Shown in pieces: positions 57,936 to 64,000 of a stretch of 64,000 bases of DNA (within the stretch, counting starts at the first letter, position 1; each line of letters opens with the position of its first letter). A program made the translations under genes and the position numbers. The notes beneath the pieces are model-generated. The model was not told where the DNA came from. It was given only the letters and a program-made list of their open reading frames with translations, and ran no database searches. Source of the DNA: a virus (taxonomy: Duplodnaviria > Caudoviricetes); IMG/VR virus record IMGVR_UViG_3300049144_000095, positions 160,001 through 224,000 of that record. One strand, 5' to 3'.

Positions 57936-58259
57936 CCAGAGTCATGAAGCCCTAGGAGGGCCGTGAGAGCCGTAGGTGGCTACCTCGCCGCAGCGGCTGC
58001 ATCCATGACCGCGTGGTCCTGGGCCGTTCTCGAACGCCAGGTTCACGCGGTCATGGCATTTCTGCTCGTCGCTGTTGTCGCAGCAGGTTCCACGGTTAGA
58101 TCGCAGTCAAAACAACGCAGAAGTGGGGAGGGAGAAGATCGTGAAGAAGGTGTGGGCGTGGGTGTGTCTGACGGCGGCGGCGGGCCTGATGCTCGTGGCT
58201 GGTGAGCGCCGGGCGGTCGAGGCTGTCGCGCTCGACTCGGACAACCTGGCGGGCATCCG

Positions 58260-58649
58260 GTGAAGCAGCCCTGGGAGGTCATCACTCGCCTCCCCGAGGG
58301 CAGCCAGTACCTGGAGGCCGTGATCTGGGTGCCCGACGAAACGGAGAGGGCCGACGTCAAGGAAGCCCTCTACAGTCTTGGCGCCCAGTTCTCCAGCTTT
58401 CCCGGCGATGTCGCTACCGGTTACCTGCGGTCCGGCAAAGCGTTTTTCTCCCGTGACTCCGTCGCGGTCGAGGTCCACGGATTCGGCGTACTGGCCCCCC
58501 TGGAGATCTCCAGTGTCCTGCTGGAGGACATCAAGTGGCTCCGCCTGCACGTGGCAGAGGAGTCCCACAACACCAAGGACCGCGCCAGGCGTGAGTGGCT
58601 GACCGCAGCCGTTCCGCTGGAGCGGCTGGAAGAGGAGTCCCATGAGTAG
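58260..58649 (+). CDS. hypothetical protein
   Basis: 129-aa ORF, GTGA coupling. Confidence 0.6.
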   Translation: MKQPWEVITRLPEGSQYLEAVIWVPDETERADVKEALYSLGAQFSSFPGDVATGYLRSGKAFFSRDSVAVEVHGFGVLAPLEISSVLLEDIKWLRLHVAEESHNTKDRARREWLTAAVPLERLEEESHE

Positions 58650-58881
58650 ACGTGACCGACGGCTGGCGGCCGAGAAGTACGCGGGCCAGCCCTCGGCGTC
58701 GGAGACGAGCCGGGCCAAGGAGGCGAAGCGGGGGCGCCCGTCCGCCCCGGCTGCGGGGAGCGTCCAGCAGGCGCTCGCCAACTTCGATCCGAGCAACCCC
58801 AAGGAGACGGCGATACCGCGCGACGAGGAGTCCAAGAGCCGCGCGCGCTCACACCGGCTCGGTCTCCCCCGGCTGCCCTGA
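58642..58881 (+). CDS. small basic hypothetical protein
   Basis: 79-aa ORF with GAGGAG RBS. Confidence 0.45.
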   Translation: MSRRDRRLAAEKYAGQPSASETSRAKEAKRGRPSAPAAGSVQQALANFDPSNPKETAIPRDEESKSRARSHRLGLPRLP

Positions 58882-59160
58882 CGGACCCGTCTTCCGGCTT
58901 TCGGGCGGGAATTCGGACCTCACCCCAGAGGTATTCGGGAGGTAACTGAAACTGCACTCTGAGTGAGAGGGGGACTCGATTCTTCACCGAGTCCCCCTCG
59001 GTGTGTTCCCATATTTATCAATGATGGTGTAACCATGAACCAGCCGACATCGTCGTCCTGTTCTCCCTGAACCCTCTGTAAGCTGCAACTACCCTCGCAA
59101 TCTGGCGATTTGGCTGGCAAGCGGTGGTAGGATAAGCGCAGTTGAGGAAAGGAGCCACAC

Positions 59161-59511
59161 GTGGCCGCAAGCGAAAACGTCCCGCCGAGTCTGAACAAGG
59201 GCAAGCTGGCTGATGCCCTGGCTGAGCGCACGGGATTGGCCCGTCCCGTGGCCAAAGAGGTCGTGGAAAATGTCTTCGAGATCCTCGCTTCGACCGTGGC
59301 GCGAGGCGGCCGGGTTTCCATCTCCAACTTCGGCGGGTTCTCGCGTGCGGAGAAGCGGCCACGGATGGCGCGCAATCCGCACAACGGCGACAAGATCCAG
59401 GTTCCCGCGCGGAAGGGCATCAAGTTCTCCGTTTCCCCACGCCTGCTCGACTACGCAAACTCGGACGACCCGTCTGCCACGACCATCCGCAAGAACCCCG
59501 CTTCCAAGTAG
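59161..59511 (+). CDS. hup: HU/IHF-family histone-like DNA-binding protein
   Basis: LNKGKLADALAERTG...GGRVSISNFGGF....RPRMARNPHNGDKIQVPAR. Confidence 0.92.
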   Translation: MAASENVPPSLNKGKLADALAERTGLARPVAKEVVENVFEILASTVARGGRVSISNFGGFSRAEKRPRMARNPHNGDKIQVPARKGIKFSVSPRLLDYANSDDPSATTIRKNPASK

Positions 59512-59590
59512 TGGCCCAGGCCAGACTGTGGTAAGCTTCTGATGTTCAACGAAGCGAACCCATAAGGCAGTTGACGGAAAGGCAGAAGAG

Positions 59591-60070
59591 ATGTCCCTCG
59601 GTACCACGGCCCGTGCCCTGATGCGCTCGGCCAAGAAGAAGTTCCCCGGCGCCGCCAACACCGACCTCGTCGAGTACGTCACGCTCCAGGTGCGCACGGC
59701 GCTCGCCCACCCCTCCACCACCATCAAGGACGACGAGCTGATCCGGCTCGCCGACGCCGAGTTCGCCAAGGCCGTCGAGCAGGGCGAGACCTGGGCCGTC
59801 GCCCTGACGAACTCGTACCGCGACAACGTCATCGCGCCCCTCGTCGAGAAGGCCCGGGAGAAGGGCGTCGACCCCGTTCCGGCCATCGTCATGCAGACGG
59901 ACCTCACCGAGGCCGAGGCCAGCGCCCTGGTCGCGTCGCTGGACGCGGACGCCGGGGCCGACAGCGACGGTGACTCCGACGACGGCAACCCCTGGTCCTC
60001 GGCGGGCGAGGACGAGGGTGACAACGACGACCGGCAGGCGGCCGGTCTGGCCAACGCCGCGTCCTACTGA
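59591..60070 (+). CDS. hypothetical protein
   Basis: 159-aa ORF with acidic tail; followed by hairpin. Confidence 0.7.
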   Translation: MSLGTTARALMRSAKKKFPGAANTDLVEYVTLQVRTALAHPSTTIKDDELIRLADAEFAKAVEQGETWAVALTNSYRDNVIAPLVEKAREKGVDPVPAIVMQTDLTEAEASALVASLDADAGADSDGDSDDGNPWSSAGEDEGDNDDRQAAGLANAASY

Positions 60071-60168
60071 CCGTCAAGGTCGCACGAGGCCGGTCCCGGT
60101 GCCCCACACCCGGGTCCGGCCTTTCGTGTCCCCAGCTCCAGTCGCCCCGACACTGCATGGAGGAAGCG

Positions 60169-60501
60169 ATGTTCCTGTATTACGTTGCACCTGTCGTGCG
60201 CACCGACGCAGGCATGACCGTCAACCCCCTGAGCGGAGCCTGCGTGCTGGCCGGTTCGCCGCACGAGGGTCATCGATCCCTCGGGCTGCCCGACGCGGGC
60301 GAGATGTTCGCCGTCTGGGTGTTCGGTCAGACCGACTCTGCCGAGCGCCCCGAGCTGACCCTGTGGCGGGCGGGTGAAATCTGCTCACAGATGCCACCCC
60401 ACAGGGTCTACGCCTGTCTCGGCGGTGGCGCCTTGTGTGAACTGAACATCGATCCGCTGCTCGATGTGCGTGTGGAGGCCGGACGTGCTGGTGCCGACTG
60501 A
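60169..60501 (+). CDS. hypothetical protein
   Basis: GGAGG RBS; overlaps the start of the ATPase gene. Confidence 0.55.
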   Translation: MFLYYVAPVVRTDAGMTVNPLSGACVLAGSPHEGHRSLGLPDAGEMFAVWVFGQTDSAERPELTLWRAGEICSQMPPHRVYACLGGGALCELNIDPLLDVRVEAGRAGAD

Positions 60502-61804
60502 CGAAGAGCAGCGCCTACTGGAATGCCTGTCAACGGAGTGGTGGTCGAAGAACGCCACCGCTCCGGTCGTTCGAGATGTTGTCGTGCTCAAATCGGAGAT
60601 GACACGGGCCGGTGTTGAGGCACACCTGAAGATCACCGGAAACAGCACCAACGCGACACGTCAGAAGCTGGAGGACGGTGTCGACTTCTTGCGCGTCCTG
60701 CTGGATGTCGAAGATGACCATCCACTGGTGGTTCTCCCCAACGGCCGAGCCTCACAGGTGAAAATCGCCATCCGTACCCGACGGGTCACTGAGGAGATGG
60801 ACATGTTCTGGCATCCGGGCCGCGTCGGGCTGGGTGTCGACAGCGTGACCGGGGATGTTGTCGACATCCCCTTCCAGAAGCAGCTCCAGGTGTCCGGCGC
60901 CAAGGGGTCCGGCAAGTCCTGGGCCATGCGCCCGATGATGGCGCGTGCCGTCATTCTGCCCGAGATCAGCCCGGTTTTCGCCGACCCCAAGATCGTCGAA
61001 GGTACCTGGTGGGAGGGGCTGATGCCGGTCTACTACCCGGGTGAGTTCGAAGAGATGCTGGACTCGGCGACCGACGACATGCACACCCGCGCCGAGCTGA
61101 TGCGGAAGGAGAGGTCGACCGTCTGGCGCCCCGAGTTCGGCCCCTACCGGATCTACATCGTGGATGAAGGCCGCGAGTTTCTGGGCAACCTCCGGCGAAT
61201 CGACTTGGTCAACCAGAAGCTGGCCCGTGCCAGGCGGCGCAGCGAAGAGGAGAGCGAGGTCGAGCTGTCTCCCGGGGACGGCGAGTGCCTGGACAAGCTG
61301 CTACGCATCTCCAGCATGGGTCGAGCCTGGGGCGTCTTCCTCTGGTGGGCCACGCAGTACCCGATCGTTTCTGGGAAGAATCCCGGCATCGATACCAATG
61401 TCGACGCGAATGCCGACTACCGCTTCTCTCTTCGCGTGAGCAAGCCTGGGCATGCCGCCGTGGCGCTGGGCGAAGATGCGGACTACGGGCCTCACCTGCT
61501 CACGGCGGACGACAGGAACCGTGGCTTCGGTTATCTCGGCGGATACGGACCGTCCCTGATTCAGACTTGGACCGTGACCGACGAGATGATCTCACTTCTG
61601 GGGTATCCCGATCACGGGCGCGGAAAGTGGCCCCGCGACATCGCCCTCAAGGCGATTCAGGAACAGCCGGGCGCCGTATGGACGCCGGATCTCCTGACGT
61701 CGCGAGTCGGCTGCGGCCGAGTACAGGCGAGCAGGTTCCTGCGAACCTTCTCACGTGAGGGGCTGATGACTGCCGACCGAGACGCTTTCCGCCTGGTCGT
61801 GTGA
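60485..61804 (+). CDS. FtsK/SpoIIIE (TraB-like) P-loop ATPase
   Basis: VSGAKGSGKS Walker A, FADPK, IYIVDEG Walker B, SMGRAWG...WATQYP, C-terminal wHTH. Confidence 0.85.
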   Translation: MLVPTDEEQRLLECLSTEWWSKNATAPVVRDVVVLKSEMTRAGVEAHLKITGNSTNATRQKLEDGVDFLRVLLDVEDDHPLVVLPNGRASQVKIAIRTRRVTEEMDMFWHPGRVGLGVDSVTGDVVDIPFQKQLQVSGAKGSGKSWAMRPMMARAVILPEISPVFADPKIVEGTWWEGLMPVYYPGEFEEMLDSATDDMHTRAELMRKERSTVWRPEFGPYRIYIVDEGREFLGNLRRIDLVNQKLARARRRSEEESEVELSPGDGECLDKLLRISSMGRAWGVFLWWATQYPIVSGKNPGIDTNVDANADYRFSLRVSKPGHAAVALGEDADYGPHLLTADDRNRGFGYLGGYGPSLIQTWTVTDEMISLLGYPDHGRGKWPRDIALKAIQEQPGAVWTPDLLTSRVGCGRVQASRFLRTFSREGLMTADRDAFRLVV

Positions 61805-61841
61805 ACTCGCAGCCAGATGAGGGGCACCGTATGAGAACCCC

Positions 61842-61871
61842 TTGACCTAGGCCACTCCGGCTCGATAACGT
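61842..61871 (+). promoter_or_regulatory. promoter of the tRNA-Ile/ncRNA region with palindrome
   Basis: TTGACC-N18-TAACGT; GACCTAGGCC at 61844-61853. Confidence 0.6.
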
Positions 61872-61984
61872 AGTAACCAGTTCGAAGGCGGAAGCCGCAC
61901 TTCGGATCACAACGAGGGTGATGTTACGACCGTCCTCGTTGTCTGTTCGCGCCGAGCGGCCCTCCGAACCGCCCGGCGCGAGAC

Positions 61985-62059
61985 TGGCGAATAGCTCAGC
62001 TCGGTCAGAGCGCGGAACTGATAATTCCGAGGTCGAAGGTTCAAGTCCTTCTTCGCCAA
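61985..62059 (+). tRNA. tRNA-Ile(GAT)
   Basis: TGGCGAA/TTCGCCA acceptor, CGGAA-CTGATAA-TTCCG anticodon arm, TTCAAGT T loop. Confidence 0.9.
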
Positions 62060-62290
62060 CTGAGCCAGGGGGGTAGCGCTGGGCACGGCGCACCTCCTGG
62101 CTCACTCTCTCTCCCCGCTGCACCTGGTACGGGCGGTGCAGCGGGGAGACGCCAAGCGAACGGCGCAAGGAGCAGGTCGCATCGAGATGGGTGGTTCGTC
62201 GGAGCAGGTCAGGGGGTTTCGGCCCGACGGCCAAGCGGTCAACTAACCACCATCGTCCATAGCTTGACGGTCGAACTGAGAGTAAATACC

Positions 62291-62320
62291 TTGCGGCACT
62301 ACCGCAGGATCTTGTACTGT
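62291..62320 (+). promoter_or_regulatory. promoter of the Y RNA array
   Basis: TTGCGG-N18-TACTGT ending 8 nt before the first RNA stem. Confidence 0.6.
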
Positions 62321-62328
62321 TTTTCTTA

Positions 62329-62404
62329 GCACCCGGTGTGAAGGCAACGGTTACTTCTTCTGCAAAAAGAACCCACACCGTAGCCGATTCGGTTAACCGG
62401 GGGC
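62329..62404 (+). ncRNA. short Y RNA-like unit 1 (Ro-binding stem only)
   Basis: GCACCCGG-TGTG...GCAACGGT-TACTTC...ACCGTAGC...GGTTAA-CCGGGGGC. Confidence 0.7.
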
Positions 62405-62421
62405 GTCAACTTCACAGTGGT

Positions 62422-62568
62422 TCTGGAGTCGTTCGGTGTGATAGTGACGGTTACTTCACCTCTGGAGTGAGTAGACCGGTTCAACTCCGGCGACGGCGAA
62501 AGCCCGGTAGTGTAACGGCAGCACGCTAACGTACACCGTTGCGATTTGGTTAACCGGACGACCCCAGA
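62422..62568 (+). ncRNA. YrlA-like Y RNA unit 2 with permuted tRNA domain
   Basis: 15-bp terminal stem, GGTGTG/TTAACC bulged helix, T arm CCGG-TTCAACT-CCGG, GGC-GAAA-GCC, D arm TAGTGTAACGGCAGCAC. Confidence 0.8.
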
Positions 62569-62583
62569 GTCACTGTGATGTGC

Positions 62584-62739
62584 GCAGACAAACCGGCTGG
62601 TGTGTAAGCATCAGTTACTTCCGGTAATCTCTAGGTCGTTGGTTCAAGTCCAACCCGGAGCTTAAACACTTCGGTAGCTCAGTTGGCAGAGCAAGAGACA
62701 AATTGTCACTGGTGCGACTTGGTTAACCAGCCGGTCTGC
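62584..62739 (+). ncRNA. YrlA-like Y RNA unit 3 with permuted tRNA domain
   Basis: CCGGCTGG/CCAGCCGG, TCTCT/AGAGA, AGGTC variable loop, T arm GTTGG-TTCAAGT-CCAAC, closed acceptor CCGGAG/CTTCGG, D arm TAGCTCAGTTGGCAGAGC. Confidence 0.85.
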
Positions 62740-62752
62740 CTGCGTACATGAG

Positions 62753-62781
62753 ATGCCCCCTCCCTGGAGGGGGCATTTTTT
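62753..62781 (+). terminator. intrinsic terminator after the Y RNA array
   Basis: ATGCCCCCTCC-CT-GGAGGGGGCAT followed by a T run. Confidence 0.8.
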
Positions 62782-62802
62782 GTTTGACCGGAAAGGGGAG
62801 AA

Positions 62803-63018
62803 ATGAAAGCAGTCGGTGTCAGATATACGAACATCGACGCCCCCGAGAGTAACGGGTGCGACGGGTGCCTTGCCCTGAAGAACGTAAGGGCCTTCTGTGC
62901 GGATCACCGAGAAGGTCGCCCCTGTCTCTGGTGCCTCGACAGGGGCTACGCCGTGAGGGAAAACCGCTGGTTGCCGTGCGGATGCCGAACGGATCGAGTC
63001 AACGAAGAGGAGAACTGA
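62803..63018 (+). CDS. small Cys-rich (zinc-binding-like) protein
   Basis: CDGC, CLWCLDRG, CGC; GGAAAGGGGAG RBS; directly upstream of the Ro60 gene. Confidence 0.6.
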   Translation: MKAVGVRYTNIDAPESNGCDGCLALKNVRAFCADHREGRPCLWCLDRGYAVRENRWLPCGCRTDRVNEEEN

Positions 63019-63021
63019 ACC

Positions 63022-64000
63022 ATGACCCGTTTCAACATCAAGACAACCCAGCCGAAGGCGAAGGCTCCGGCCATCGGCACCTCTGTGAACCACGAGGGCG
63101 GCACCGGCTACACGCTCCCGGAGAAGGGTGAGCTGTTCAATCTCGCCACCGTCAACTTCGTCGGACAGGACACCTTCTATGAGAAGGGCGTCGACCGGGA
63201 CGCACGCTACAACGGGCTCGTTGAGAGCGTCGCAGTCGACGACTGGTCCTGGTTGCGTGGCATGCTGACATGGCTGCGCTCCGACGCCAACATCCGCACC
63301 GCCTCCCTCACAGGCGCCGCGCACGCCGTGCACCGCCGCCTGGCAGCCGGTCAGTACGACGGCAACGCCGAACTGGTCGACTCCGTGATCCAGCGCGCCG
63401 ATGAGGTCGGCGAGTTCGCCGTGTACTGGCTCGCCACCTTCAAGGGCACCATGCCGAAGCCGGTCAAGAAGGGCCTGGCGATGGCGATGGTGCGCCTCTA
63501 CACGGCCCGCAACGCCCTGAAGTGGGACTCGGGGGCGCGCGGCATGCGTTTCGCCGACGTCATCAACCTCGTCCACCCGAAGCCGCGCGACTCCGAGCAG
63601 GAGGCGCTGTGGAAGTACCTGCTCGACGAGCGCGGGCACAAGGACGGCAGCATCGACACGGTGCCGATGATCGCCGCTCGCAAGCGCTGGTACGACGAGT
63701 TCTCCGACGAGCAGAAGCTGGCCTCGCTCCGCGACGGCTCGGCGTTCCGCGACTGCGGTCTCACGTGGGAGAACGCGTCGTCCGAGCTGAAGGCCCGAGT
63801 CGGCGAGAAGGTGCTATGGGAAGCGATGGCCTCGCACCTGCCCTACATGGCCGCCATACGCAACCTGCGAAACATGGACCAGGCGGGCATCTCGTACACC
63901 ACGGCCAGCAAGCTGGCGGCGCGCATCGCAGACCCGGCGGAGGTGGCCAAGTTCCGGCAGCTTCCGTACCGGTTCCTGTCCGCCTACCTGGCGGCTCCGA
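63022..64000 (+). CDS. rsr: Ro60/Rsr TROVE-domain RNA-binding protein (3' truncated by window)
   Basis: NHEGG.GY...ELF.L...F.G.DTFYE, LR...NIRT, IQRADE, PKPVKKGLA, LKWD...FADVINLVHPKP, LPYMAAIRNLRN. Confidence 0.92.
   Translation, partial: MTRFNIKTTQPKAKAPAIGTSVNHEGGTGYTLPEKGELFNLATVNFVGQDTFYEKGVDRDARYNGLVESVAVDDWSWLRGMLTWLRSDANIRTASLTGAAHAVHRRLAAGQYDGNAELVDSVIQRADEVGEFAVYWLATFKGTMPKPVKKGLAMAMVRLYTARNALKWDSGARGMRFADVINLVHPKPRDSEQEALWKYLLDERGHKDGSIDTVPMIAARKRWYDEFSDEQKLASLRDGSAFRDCGLTWENASSELKARVGEKVLWEAMASHLPYMAAIRNLRNMDQAGISYTTASKLAARIADPAEVAKFRQLPYRFLSAYLAAP

Noticed and set aside
57951-57956. CCTAGG as another operator copy
   Set aside because: Flanks do not extend the palindrome; it merges into the AGGAGG RBS of the next ORF
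62329-62739. CRISPR array or simple repeat (recurring GGTTACTTC and GGTTAACC)
   Set aside because: Units differ in length, the conserved pieces are short and internal, no cas genes are present, and base-pair covariation indicates structured RNA
1-64000. Reverse transcriptase, DGR/retron, capsid, terminase or rRNA genes
   Set aside because: No YxDD RT motif context, template/variable repeat pair, or recognisable structural or rRNA sequence was seen in the window

Overview
High-GC (Streptomyces-like) extrachromosomal DNA, most consistent with part of a large actinobacterial phage or phage-plasmid; no rRNA, core chromosomal operon, CRISPR array, capsid or terminase gene was recognised. About 1-43 kb is mostly leftward-transcribed small hypothetical genes plus TerD, a PD-(D/E)xK-type nuclease, dCMP deaminase, a cold-shock protein and a tRNA cluster (14.7-17.2 kb). 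It also holds a Phd-fused protein, a helicase-associated-repeat protein, DUF262, three tandem wHTH Rep-like genes next to a 4 x 22-bp iteron-like array, a truncated tyrosine recombinase, a RelE-type TA pair and a primase/DnaB/initiator block. The rightward arm has a HIT hydrolase, a vWA protein, a 2166-aa tail-fibre/tailspike-like protein, HU, an FtsK/TraB-like ATPase, tRNA-Ile, three tandem Y RNA-like genes and a Ro60/TROVE gene truncated by the window end. The most striking signal is an RNA-mimicry module: Ro60 with three co-varying Y RNAs, two free-standing circularly permuted anticodon-less tRNA units inside the tRNA cluster, and tRNA-like genes with remodelled anticodon or variable arms. 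A palindrome (GGCCYAGGCC) recurs in about ten intergenic promoter regions. All calls are by eye from sequence motifs; no searches or folding programs were run.
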